Program-made: the position numbers and the translations under genes
DNA from: Ostreococcus lucimarinus
Lineage: Eukaryota
DNA: 64,000 nucleotides
Direction: 5' to 3' (one strand)
NCBI GenBank assembly: GCA_000092065.1
Contig: CP000596.1
Part shown: in pieces, positions 20,265 to 29,987 of the stretch
How positions within the stretch are numbered: position 1 is the first letter of the stretch
How the letters are laid out: every line of letters starts with the position of its first letter
Notes under the pieces: generated by a model
Databases searched by the model: none
Told to the model about the DNA's origin: nothing
The model's input: the letters and a program-made list of their open reading frames with translations, nothing else

Positions 20265-21281
20265 ATGGGGTGCGCGTCGTCGCGCGACGACGTCGCGCGA
20301 GGCGAAAGCGACGGAGGGACGACGCGGCGGGGTCAAGATGATGACGATGATGTCGTCCTAGAAATCGTCCCGACGACGACGACGGCGAACGAAGACGACG
20401 CGAGCGAGCGAGAGGGCGGTGACGATCGCGCGATGGTGGCGGCGCGGCGCGCATCCGCGGATGAGGAGGAGCGGAGAGGACTGGTGGAGGTTGAACTGGG
20501 AGCGACGACGACGACGGCGGACGACGACGAGAAGGAAACGATTTTGCGACGACTGCGGGCGATGGAAAGTCTGGTGCAAGTGTTACCGCGAAAGTGTGAG
20601 GCGTTGGAGATGGAAAACGCGGCGCTGAGAGAGCTGCTGGACGACGCGAGACGGGATGCGAGACGGTTTTGCGGAGAGTGCGAGATTGAAACGGAAGTCG
20701 CGATGGAACGCGCGAGGACGGCGATTTCGGACGCGCGAAGGGTCATGCACGAGCAGCGCGTGCGGTATGAAGATACGATGGCGGAATCTGAACGCGAGGG
20801 GCGGCATCGACTCGCGATGGCGACGTTAAAGTCAAAATCAGAATACGCACGAGCAAAGTTACGCGCGAGCGAAGCCGTCGAGGAATGCGAAAGATATCGA
20901 GCAGAGATTGAGAGATTGAGGGACGAGTTGGAACGATTGAGAGACGAGCGTGTGAGAGATGCAGCACTTCCATCGACGACGAATCGAGAGGATGATTTGT
21001 CGACTGTGTCTGATTTTGGTCGCGATAGCGTCGTCCATCAGATGCGCTGGCGACTTTGGGCGTCAGAACTCACTCGAAATGACGAGCGAAGCTTGGTGCG
21101 CGACGCGGAGGATAGCTTAGAAATGTTTGCTCATTTGCAGGTGCAGCTGGATGAACTAAAGCGCGAGAAGCGAAGTGCGACATCCGCTTTGGAGGAGATG
21201 AATTCGCTGTTGATTGAATCTCGAGACGAGGTTTACGATTTGAAGCACGCGCTGAAGCTCGACCTAGAAGAGGACCTGTGA
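20265..21281 (+). CDS. Coiled-coil protein with an MGC N-terminus (possible myristoylation/palmitoylation site); function unknown.
   Basis: The ORF shares its promoter region with PPT1 in head-to-head arrangement. MGCASSRDD is followed by an acidic region and then heptad-rich sequence. No assignable domain. Confidence 0.45.
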   Translation: MGCASSRDDVARGESDGGTTRRGQDDDDDVVLEIVPTTTTANEDDASEREGGDDRAMVAARRASADEEERRGLVEVELGATTTTADDDEKETILRRLRAMESLVQVLPRKCEALEMENAALRELLDDARRDARRFCGECEIETEVAMERARTAISDARRVMHEQRVRYEDTMAESEREGRHRLAMATLKSKSEYARAKLRASEAVEECERYRAEIERLRDELERLRDERVRDAALPSTTNREDDLSTVSDFGRDSVVHQMRWRLWASELTRNDERSLVRDAEDSLEMFAHLQVQLDELKREKRSATSALEEMNSLLIESRDEVYDLKHALKLDLEEDL

Positions 21282-21339
21282 ACTAAGGACTAAGGATCGC
21301 AAGATACACTAATTGTAATGTACGGATTACACGCACCAA

Positions 21340-24300
21340 TCACCGCGGCGGTTGTCGACTCACCTTGACTGGGCTGAATGGTTCGCTGAATCGCCGGTCG
21401 CTATAGTACGTGCTCTTAGTTTGCTCCAATAGAGAAACAGAAGCCGACGTCGCTCGAGCAAACGTGGCGCGCAAGGCTTCATCGCGCGCGAGAAGGTCAA
21501 ATTGGTCTTGCAAGCTTTCTCGAACCGTCGACAGGGCTTCGACCTCAGCTTCCATGGTTTGAACGTCGCTCATCACGGCACGATATTGCTTTTCGTACGA
21601 ATCTGGTTCGACGACCGTCGGCATCGTTCGAGGCGATGCTGTCGGAGTTGAATATCGAGAGCCATACGCGAATTCCTTCGACGCCACCCGATTGCGTCCG
21701 AGAAGACGAATATTTTCTTCGTAAGACTTGTCAAAATCCCAACCTGTCGAAATCGTCGGGCGTTCATATTTGGTGAGCGAATACGTCTCCTGCGCGCCGC
21801 TGGGTGATCGAGCGTTCATTTTCCATTCGCTAAAAATCTTGCGAACGACTCGTTTCTGCCTATGCTCGGTTTTCAATCGATGGTACTTCATCACTTCCGT
21901 GAACTGTCGCCACGAGCGCAAAAACTTTCGTCGAGCTCTGTCTGCAAGAATATCGTGCATCTTCTTCACCGTGCGATTTCTGTGCTCAGAAATTCTTTGC
22001 GAGTACCGCACCCAGGCCATGAACATTGGGTTTCTGTAGATGCGCTCGTTACGAGCGAGCCCCCAGCGCATGGCTACGTTGACTCGGACCATGTCTGAAA
22101 CCGAGGAATGAGTCACGTGCAGTGGCGCTATGGCGCGCTCGACATTTTGCAGTCGCCGTTCGACGACACGGAAGGAACGTATTTGCTTCATGTATCCCGA
22201 CCAACTATTAAACGCTTTGACGAGAGCCCGACGGCGCATGCGTTGCAGGCTGGTAGAAACGAGCTCTTTTTGTCTGCGTATCATCAGCACGTGCGTGGAC
22301 CAACCATCAAAGGCCTGCGCCAGCGTTTTATTGCGCGCGCGGTGCAAAGACTTTGAAACGAGCGTCCTGTGACGCTTTTGTTCGATCATCTTGTAGTTCC
22401 ACGCGTTGAAAGCTCGAGAAAGCGTTCGATTCAGCACTTTTGTCAAAGACATCTTCACTGCGCGTTCGATGCGACGTTCGTACGCACGAGACGCGCGAGC
22501 TTCGTCCACGCTTTCAATCCAAGAGTAAAACGCCCTGACTGTGATTCTGTACCTCATTTTCCTCAAACTGTTCGCGACGAGTAGTCGATTTCGCTTCTTT
22601 TTGTGCACGGCGTCTAACCAACCGTCAAAGGCATACGCTAAGTGACGCTGCTTCACTCGAAGAATCACCATGTGAGCGGCGTCCATGACGCGTCGTCGTT
22701 CATCGATGAAAAATACCCAGCGGTTGAACGCACGGGCTACCGCGCGCATTCGCGCTCGCGCCAGCACACCGCGTGCTTTGCTTTCATTTACTTTCATTTG
22801 CTTGATTTCCTGTACATGATCGCGCCACTGCATGAATGCGTAACCGAGAGATTGCCGCTTCACGCTTCCTAAGATTTGCGCCAACTTGTTCGATCGAAGT
22901 TGCTCTTGTTTCATGTCAGCCATCCTACGCATTTTCGCCTCCTGCGTGGCGTGAACCCACGTTTTAAACGTTCCTCGCAAAGATCTGTCTCTAAATCTCT
23001 CGTAGAACCTGCCGATGATTGCTTGATAACGTTTCTTTGTTTGAACGTGGTCGAGCCAAGTATTGAAAGCTGTGAAAATGACTCGTTGCGTGAGACGTGT
23101 GAGAGCCCGATCCATCTTCCATCGATCGATTCGCTGCTCGCTCGCTCGTTGCTTCCACTGCTCAAACGCACCTGCCAAGAGTCTGTTCCTGATCCTTGAC
23201 ACGACTCTCTCGATCACTTGTCGTTGATGTCGCAGCGCCGCGGCGGTGCTCGACCAGTCGTAAAACGCCACGTGCAAACGTCTTCCTCTGAATCGAGAAA
23301 CGGCGCGGTTAAGCAACGCGCGTTGGGTCTTCTTTTCGCCGACGCGCGCAACCCATCCTGAAAACGCGTAATACAGCTTGCACTGCGACATCTTTTGAAT
23401 CGCTTTCTGGAAAATGACTCGATGCACCTTGGCTTCGTCGACACGTTCTGCCCAGGTATCAAACGCCATACGAAGATTGTTTCGTTGCATCTTTTGCGTC
23501 ACACGAACGAGCGTTCTTCGCTGCTGCGCAAATATTTTTGCCGACGCTCTCCATCGTGCGAAAGCTTTAGCTTGCGCCTGCTTGCGTATGGAAGTGATAG
23601 CCTTTGCCACCACCCGCCGCTGACGCCGCGTGTGGACAGCGTAGTCTTTCCACTGCAAAAACGTTCTCTTCAGTCGTTCTTTCGCGGCATTCTTCGCTTG
23701 AAGGTTGACGATATTTTCAATATTTTTCAAATGAATTTTTGCCGCGATCGAATCCGCGGTGACTTCGCGCCAAGCGTTGAAAGCGCATGAGATGAGACGA
23801 TTCGATGCGCGCATCAAAACGGTTCGCATGAGCTCACGTTGACGCTTCCTGTCCTCAACCACTTGCACCCACGTGTTGAATGCAGTGAACTGGAGTCTAG
23901 ACGTCATACGATTCAGTGCGAGAGTCAATTTCAATCGTTGATCTCGCTGGCTCATGGCATACTTGTACCAATACACGAAAGCTGCTCTCGCCTTGCGAGT
24001 CGCATGAATCTTGCAGAAAATGTCCAAACGCTGCTCCAAGAGTTCGTTCGCCAACTGCTCCGTCACGCGCACGTTGCGCGATTCTTGGGCGATAGAAAGC
24101 CATCCCCAGAAGCACATTGATAGTGCCGCTGTCGAGGAATTTATTCGCATTTTTTCAGCCATTTTGTGAGCTTGCACGCGCACGTACTTTTTGTGCTCCA
24201 CGACTTCGCTCCATTGCGCAAATGCCTTGGCGAGACGTCGCTGTTGCCAACGTCTGATTGCTTTTTCCATCGCAACCTTGTACACAGAACTTCGGTGTAG

Positions 24301-25701
24301 CATCTCTTTCCACTCATAAAATGCGTTGCACAGCTGTAAGGATGTTCGCCGGGTGATAAATCTCGCCGCCATTCGCTGTAAGCGCTTACTTTCTCGCGCG
24401 ACGCCGACCCACTGCGTGAAGACTCTTCTTTGCGTCGAGCACAAAAACCACGTGATGGCCTTTTTACCTTCCATCGCTTCCGCGCGCGCAGTGTCTACGA
24501 CTAAGCGCCACTCGACGAATGCCTTAAATATCAGTCTAGTCGACAGTTTCGCGACGCTCTGACGTGCCTTGGCATCGTTCATGCGACTCTGCGTCACGGC
24601 GTCTCGCCAACTGTAAAATGCCGAGTACAGCTTGTGGTTCATCATTTCCAGCATCATACGCTCGGCTCTTCGTTTCTTTTCTCGATCGACCTTTGATTTA
24701 TCAACATCGCTTTTCCACACACTCAAAACCGCGAGTTTCATTTGTCTTTCGGACTTTTTCAAGCATCGTTGCACGGCTAATCGACACCACTTGTCGCGAG
24801 ACAGACGGTTTTTCCACTCAAAAAAGTACTCGCGCAAAAATCTAATTCTAATTTTCTGATATCGCTCATCAGCCTTTAGCACCATGCGTTTTTTGCGATC
24901 GCATCGCTCCCTCCACTCATCGAAGACGTTCCGCACCGTCATGACGATGCGTTCGCCGAGAAAAGCACCGGCCCTTCGAACCGAGATGTTGTACGACTTT
25001 GATTTCATCGTCGAGTTACGCCACGCGAAAAAGACTCTGTACGCAATCTTATGATCTCTCTTTTGACGCATCGCGCGAATAATAACATTATTCAAATGCG
25101 TCAACTCGTGCTCGTGTCCGTCTCGCGCCTTTTGAAACGTGCGAACGAGATTTTCCATGGCGCCAAAGCCGTGTGTCACAGCCTTCTCCGTCGCCGCGTG
25201 CCAGTGCTCTTGAAACGATTCCTTTCGCGCGCTCACTTCGGCCGGAGTCTCCAAAGCCTTCAAAATCACCTCCCACGCCCCGAAGCACCGCCGATTGATC
25301 AACTTCAAGCTCCCGCGCTCGCCCTCGGTCGCATCAAACTGTTCGTTGACGCCAAACTTTGTGGAACAAAACACCAACTTTCTCGATCCGCGCTGTCGGC
25401 GCTGCAACAGCAATCCACTCTCCGCGTGTTCAAATCCGTAATAAGTCTTCATCACCTCTCCATTCGCGTCGTCGCTCGCCTTTTCCACGATCCTTCGCTC
25501 TCGCACGCGAAATCTCGTCCGAGGATCATGGCGTCCGCTCGTCGACGCCGCGTCGCTCGACGCCGTCTCCAACCACCCGCGCACAGTCCCGCCATCCTCC
25601 TCGTTCGCCGCGAACACCAGCGCCGTCCCGGACGCGGCGTCGACGAGCTGAACGTACGATTGACTTCGCAGCGCGTCCAGGGACGCGTTCGCCGTCGCCA
25701 T
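21340..25701 (-). CDS. Sfi1-like centrin-binding repeat protein (1453 aa).
   Basis: More than 20 tandem repeats with a 33-residue period carrying [L/I]xxAFxxW[K/R/x], for example AFNAWRE, AFARWRA, AFDTWAE, AFSGWVA, AFYDWSS, AFEQWKQ, AFNTWLD. I measured the spacing AFxxW to AFxxW as 33 to 34 aa across several consecutive repeats. Period and motif match the Sfi1 repeat LLxxxF/LxxW[K/R]. Coiled-coil C-terminus. Confidence 0.6.
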   Translation of the reverse strand: MATANASLDALRSQSYVQLVDAASGTALVFAANEEDGGTVRGWLETASSDAASTSGRHDPRTRFRVRERRIVEKASDDANGEVMKTYYGFEHAESGLLLQRRQRGSRKLVFCSTKFGVNEQFDATEGERGSLKLINRRCFGAWEVILKALETPAEVSARKESFQEHWHAATEKAVTHGFGAMENLVRTFQKARDGHEHELTHLNNVIIRAMRQKRDHKIAYRVFFAWRNSTMKSKSYNISVRRAGAFLGERIVMTVRNVFDEWRERCDRKKRMVLKADERYQKIRIRFLREYFFEWKNRLSRDKWCRLAVQRCLKKSERQMKLAVLSVWKSDVDKSKVDREKKRRAERMMLEMMNHKLYSAFYSWRDAVTQSRMNDAKARQSVAKLSTRLIFKAFVEWRLVVDTARAEAMEGKKAITWFLCSTQRRVFTQWVGVARESKRLQRMAARFITRRTSLQLCNAFYEWKEMLHRSSVYKVAMEKAIRRWQQRRLAKAFAQWSEVVEHKKYVRVQAHKMAEKMRINSSTAALSMCFWGWLSIAQESRNVRVTEQLANELLEQRLDIFCKIHATRKARAAFVYWYKYAMSQRDQRLKLTLALNRMTSRLQFTAFNTWVQVVEDRKRQRELMRTVLMRASNRLISCAFNAWREVTADSIAAKIHLKNIENIVNLQAKNAAKERLKRTFLQWKDYAVHTRRQRRVVAKAITSIRKQAQAKAFARWRASAKIFAQQRRTLVRVTQKMQRNNLRMAFDTWAERVDEAKVHRVIFQKAIQKMSQCKLYYAFSGWVARVGEKKTQRALLNRAVSRFRGRRLHVAFYDWSSTAAALRHQRQVIERVVSRIRNRLLAGAFEQWKQRASEQRIDRWKMDRALTRLTQRVIFTAFNTWLDHVQTKKRYQAIIGRFYERFRDRSLRGTFKTWVHATQEAKMRRMADMKQEQLRSNKLAQILGSVKRQSLGYAFMQWRDHVQEIKQMKVNESKARGVLARARMRAVARAFNRWVFFIDERRRVMDAAHMVILRVKQRHLAYAFDGWLDAVHKKKRNRLLVANSLRKMRYRITVRAFYSWIESVDEARASRAYERRIERAVKMSLTKVLNRTLSRAFNAWNYKMIEQKRHRTLVSKSLHRARNKTLAQAFDGWSTHVLMIRRQKELVSTSLQRMRRRALVKAFNSWSGYMKQIRSFRVVERRLQNVERAIAPLHVTHSSVSDMVRVNVAMRWGLARNERIYRNPMFMAWVRYSQRISEHRNRTVKKMHDILADRARRKFLRSWRQFTEVMKYHRLKTEHRQKRVVRKIFSEWKMNARSPSGAQETYSLTKYERPTISTGWDFDKSYEENIRLLGRNRVASKEFAYGSRYSTPTASPRTMPTVVEPDSYEKQYRAVMSDVQTMEAEVEALSTVRESLQDQFDLLARDEALRATFARATSASVSLLEQTKSTYYSDRRFSEPFSPVKVSRQPPR

Positions 25702-25937
25702 CGCGTCGAGATCGAGCGTTTCGCGTCCCTCGTCGAATCACGACCGTTCCCCTTCTGCGCCAATCGACACCGCGCGCGGTCGCGATGCGCGCTCGAGGGC
25801 GACGCGCGCGCGTTCGGCAGCGTCTACTCGAAGTTTTCTACGCGTGCGCGGTCGCGTGGCATGTCGAACGCGCGCGTTCGTGTGCGGGCGCGCGATCGAG
25901 TCGCGACGACGGCGATGCTTCGGGACAGCTCTAGAGG

Positions 25938-27344
25938 CTAAAATTTCAAGTCAAAGGCGCGGAGCGCGGCGGCGAAGTGCGGGGGAGGCTCGGCGACGAC
26001 GCGCGTCGAAACGCCCGATTCGGGATGAACGAATTGTAACGCGCGAGCGTGGAGGTGGAGAGGGATCTTGGAGACGCCGCGGAGGGATGCGCGACGAAGC
26101 TTGCGCCAGAAGTCGGATTCTTTTTCGGATTCGACATCGGCAGATTCGATGTCAGTGAAACGACTCTTCCACGGCGCTCGCCGATCGTTGAAGCCGTACT
26201 TGTAATCGCCGATGATTGGGGACGATAGGGCTTTGGCCAAGTGCACGCGAAGTTGGTGCTTGCGACCAGTGATCGGAGTAAGTTCTAGGAGCGTCGGCCC
26301 GTCCTCGCCGGCGCTGGCGAGCACCTTGAAGTGCGTCATCGCCGCCTTGGACGCGGGTGAGCCCGCGTCGTTGGATTTGTCTCTCATGGATTCTCCCGTG
26401 CCGACGACGACGCCGCCGCCTTTCGCATCGTACACTCGCCAGCCGCCGACGAGACGCGCCGTGGAGTAGCCGTCGCCGTCGCCCACCTCGGTGAGAGGCG
26501 CCTCGATCCATCCCGAGCGCGCGCCTCTCGGCGGCGGATTCGACGTCAGCGCCCAGTACGTCTTCACCACCGGATCGTTCGACAGCGAAGGCGCGTCTCC
26601 GCGCTCCATGTCCGCCCGCATTATCTCCGTAAAATCCATCCTCGATTTTTTGGCAAACATCGCGTTGAGCCTGTTCGCCGCAAACGCGGTCCGCGCCAGC
26701 ACCAACACCCCCGACGTGTCTCGATCTAATCTGTGCACGACGTACTCCGAATCCAACGCGTGTCTCAAATCGTACACCGACACGTCCACGCCGTTCCCTC
26801 GCGTCGTCGCCAGTCCCGGCGGTTTATCGACCACCGTCACGTGTTCGTCCGCGTGCAGAACGCGCGCTCGAATCGCCTCCACCAACGCCTCGCTCGCCCC
26901 GTCGCGATCCCTCGCGCGCCTCGTCGCGTCGCCGTCACCATTCGCGTCTTCATCGCCGTACTCTCGCCACGTCCATCCCTCGCGCGCGATCGGCACCGCG
27001 AGAAACTCGCCCGGCGCCAGCGTCCGCGCCCGTCCCGCGCGCCGCAGCGACCGCGCGTCGCGCTCGACGCCCTCCCCGAGCGCCCCGCGCCCGACTCGGA
27101 CGACGCGCGCGCGAAACAGCTGATGCACCGCGCTCCCGCCGCGCGCGCCGCGTCCTCGCGCGTCGCCCGCGCCGTCGTGGCGGAGGTACTTTCGCAGCCA
27201 GCGCAGCGCGGTGACGGCGTCGTCGCCGACGCGCCAGCGCGGCACGGGCGGCGTGACGACGCGGTGCGTCGCGTACGCCGCGCGCGCCGTCGCGCCCGCG
27301 CGCGCGAGCCGCCGCAGCGCCGCGAAGACGCGCGCCGTCGCCAT
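25938..27344 (-). CDS. RluA-family pseudouridine synthase with an organellar-type N-terminal extension.
   Basis: The catalytic motif HRLDRDTSGVLVLA, and GRKHQLRVHLA, are RluA/RluD family signatures. Confidence 0.8.
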   Translation of the reverse strand: MATARVFAALRRLARAGATARAAYATHRVVTPPVPRWRVGDDAVTALRWLRKYLRHDGAGDARGRGARGGSAVHQLFRARVVRVGRGALGEGVERDARSLRRAGRARTLAPGEFLAVPIAREGWTWREYGDEDANGDGDATRRARDRDGASEALVEAIRARVLHADEHVTVVDKPPGLATTRGNGVDVSVYDLRHALDSEYVVHRLDRDTSGVLVLARTAFAANRLNAMFAKKSRMDFTEIMRADMERGDAPSLSNDPVVKTYWALTSNPPPRGARSGWIEAPLTEVGDGDGYSTARLVGGWRVYDAKGGGVVVGTGESMRDKSNDAGSPASKAAMTHFKVLASAGEDGPTLLELTPITGRKHQLRVHLAKALSSPIIGDYKYGFNDRRAPWKSRFTDIESADVESEKESDFWRKLRRASLRGVSKIPLHLHARALQFVHPESGVSTRVVAEPPPHFAAALRAFDLKF

Positions 27345-27369
27345 CTGCGGTCGGCGAACGACGCGACAG

Positions 27370-28491
27370 ATGGCGACGCCGCGCGTCGTCGGCGACGCCC
27401 TCGACGCGCGCCGCGGCGCGCGCGCGACGTCCGCGCGCGTCGCGCACTACGGACGCGCGTTCGACTGCGCGTTCGCGCCGTGGGGGCGACGCGCGAGCGA
27501 CTCGTCGAGCGCGTGGGACGAAATCATCGTGACGTGCGGCGAGGACGCGACGGCGCGCGTGCACGGCGTCGACGCGCGCGACGCGAGCGCGCGGACGCTG
27601 GCGACGTGTCGCGCGCACCGAGAGGAGGTGGTGCGCGTGGCGTTCGCGCGCGCGAGCGGACGGTTCGCCACGGGGTCGGCGGACGGGACGTGCAAGGTGT
27701 GGGACTTTGACGCGCGAGAGCGCGTCGTGCGCGAGGCGCAGAGCCTGGACGGACACCCGGGGGAGGTGTACGGGTGTTGCTTTCTGGGCGACGGCGACGG
27801 AGGGGTCGTGGCGACGTGTTCGGAGACGGAGGCGCGGGCGTGGGACGTGGAGCGAGGGACGACGACGGCGAAGACGGCGCCGAGGGATGATTTAGGGACG
27901 TCGGGCGCGCGCACGCCCGAGCGTTGGTCGCCGGGATACTTGTTTTCCATGGCTCGAGGCGATGGGGTGCTGGCGTGCGGGTGCTCGGACGGGATCGTTC
28001 GAGTGTACGGCGACGGTTCGAGCGGGACGTTTGGAGAACGCGTGGCGGAGGTGACGGCGCATCCCAACGCCATCGTCGGATCGACGAGTTTTATCGATGG
28101 TGGGCGAGTGTTGTGCTCGGTAGGACTCGACGGGACGGTCGTGCTCACAGACGTGCGAACGTGGGGGATTTTTCGGCGGATATCCGCGGGTTCGACGCTG
28201 ACGAGCGCGTGCGGCGTCGGCTCGGGAAGTTGGTTAGCGATGGTTGGGGAATCGGGCGTCGTTCGAGCGATCGACGCAATCGGAGACGCGTCGTCAAGCG
28301 CACAGTGCGTTTTTGAGCCGAAAGGTGAACCCGTGCCGCTGTTTTGCGTCGCAGCGAACGAAAGCGGGACGATGTTAGCGTGCTCGGGCGCGGGCGTCCC
28401 GTCGAGCGCGCCGACGCTCGGCGCGACTTTCGGCACGAAAACACCCGATCCAAGTCGCTTGGACGTATGGATGGCGTCGAGCGAGGCTTAG
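27370..28491 (+). CDS. WD40-repeat protein.
   Basis: Repeated GH...WD-type blades (GSADGTCKVWDF, CGCSDGIVRVYGD, ...). Start taken at MATPRVV, only about 25 bp from the divergent RluA start. Confidence 0.6.
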   Translation: MATPRVVGDALDARRGARATSARVAHYGRAFDCAFAPWGRRASDSSSAWDEIIVTCGEDATARVHGVDARDASARTLATCRAHREEVVRVAFARASGRFATGSADGTCKVWDFDARERVVREAQSLDGHPGEVYGCCFLGDGDGGVVATCSETEARAWDVERGTTTAKTAPRDDLGTSGARTPERWSPGYLFSMARGDGVLACGCSDGIVRVYGDGSSGTFGERVAEVTAHPNAIVGSTSFIDGGRVLCSVGLDGTVVLTDVRTWGIFRRISAGSTLTSACGVGSGSWLAMVGESGVVRAIDAIGDASSSAQCVFEPKGEPVPLFCVAANESGTMLACSGAGVPSSAPTLGATFGTKTPDPSRLDVWMASSEA

Positions 28492-28565
28492 CGAATTTTC
28501 TAGAATTTTATCACATTTTTAGCGCGCCGCCTCGCATCTATCTATGACTATCCTAAGGTGATGTA

Positions 28566-29819
28566 CTAATCGAACAAGCCTTCGCGCGGAGGCGCCTTCT
28601 TCACTTCCTTCGGCTTCGTGGAGAAGAGCCCTCCGTCGTCGGAGTCTGAATCTGAATCAAACAATGCCGTTGGTGACTTTTTCGGCTCCGGTACCGCGAT
28701 CGACATGGACGCCACGGCGGACGACGGCGGCACAAGCGTTTTTGCGTCTGTTTTCTTAGATTCCACCGATTTCAACGCGTCGAGGGGATCGGTGATCGGC
28801 TCCGAAAACAAGTCGCCTCCCGACGGACGTCTGGTAATTCCGAACAAATCGCCGTCGTCGTCATCGGAATCGGAATCGAACAATCCTTTCGGCTTTTTCG
28901 GCGCCGCCGCGGGCGGTTTCGCAGGCGCAGACGCCAAAGGCGCGGGCGCGGACGCCAAAGGCGCTTTCCCGCTCGCGCCTCCGAAGAGACCACCGTCGTC
29001 ACCTTCGACGTCATCAAATAATCCGCCTTTTGATTTGCGAACGTCGTCTCCGAACACATCGTCGAAAGATAACGCGTAGGACGGCGCCGCCTTCTTCGCG
29101 GCTGTCGTCGCCGACGACAAACCGACGCTCGAAAACAAGCCATCGCCGCCGGCGCCAGCCAACGCATACGACCCATCGACGTCACCAAAGTTATTTTCAA
29201 CGTCCGCTAAGTTATCCTCCATGTCCGAATACTCCCCCTCGCTCGACGTCGAGCTCACGAATTCGCTCGAGATATCGCTCTCGAACTCGTCGCTCGAATC
29301 TTCGCTCACCTCGCTCGAGTCCTCGTCATCGCTCGATATGTACGTCCCCCACCGCGCCGGATTCGGATTTTTCGCCACCTTTGGATCCAACCCACAGCTT
29401 TCGTCGTGATAGTACGCCGTCGTGCCGATCACCGCCGGCAACGGTCGCCAATGCTCGTTCCCCGTGAGCGCCAACCCGCCGTCGCGCGTCTCCGCCCACC
29501 GTCCACGTATCGCCTCCATCGCCCGCCGCGCCGCCTCCGCGTACGCCTCCGGCGTTTCTCCATCCTCGTTTTCTTTCGTTTCGCTCGCCGAGCGCGCGCT
29601 TTCTTTTCCAACGCCGTCGACCTCGTCGTCGTCGTCGTCTCGTTCGTCGACGCGCTTTTCCAAAAACTGCGAATTGCTCAAGATTCTGAATCCACAGCTC
29701 ACGCTCGCGATCTCGCACGTCGCGTACGACGTCTCCAGCGCGTTTCCATCGACCGCGGTCGCCGTTCGCGCGCACCGCTCCAGCGCTCGCGCGTCGCTCG
29801 CGCGCGCGCGTTCGATCAA
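28566..29819 (-). CDS. Acidic Ser/Asp-rich protein with repeated LF-acidic motifs (GLFDD..GGLFG; KGLFDSDSDDDDGDLFGI; ALFDSDSDSDDGGLFS; EGLFD).
   Basis: Long ORF with strongly non-random composition and four repeats of a basic-G-LFD-acidic-G-LF unit that resemble LFa motifs of FAM21-type tails. No globular domain recognised. Confidence 0.5.
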   Translation of the reverse strand: MIERARASDARALERCARTATAVDGNALETSYATCEIASVSCGFRILSNSQFLEKRVDERDDDDDEVDGVGKESARSASETKENEDGETPEAYAEAARRAMEAIRGRWAETRDGGLALTGNEHWRPLPAVIGTTAYYHDESCGLDPKVAKNPNPARWGTYISSDDEDSSEVSEDSSDEFESDISSEFVSSTSSEGEYSDMEDNLADVENNFGDVDGSYALAGAGGDGLFSSVGLSSATTAAKKAAPSYALSFDDVFGDDVRKSKGGLFDDVEGDDGGLFGGASGKAPLASAPAPLASAPAKPPAAAPKKPKGLFDSDSDDDDGDLFGITRRPSGGDLFSEPITDPLDALKSVESKKTDAKTLVPPSSAVASMSIAVPEPKKSPTALFDSDSDSDDGGLFSTKPKEVKKAPPREGLFD

Positions 29820-29987
29820 CTGTCGTCAACGTCGTCATCGCCCTTCGTCAGTCCTCGCGCGCGATTCCGCGCGCGACGCGCGCGTCGACGCACCGCTCGA
29901 TCGTGTCCGAGTCGCCACGGCTCGCGCGTCGCGTCGAGCGCGTCGAGCGCGTCGAGCGCGTCGAGCGCGTCGTCGTCGCCTCGGGAC

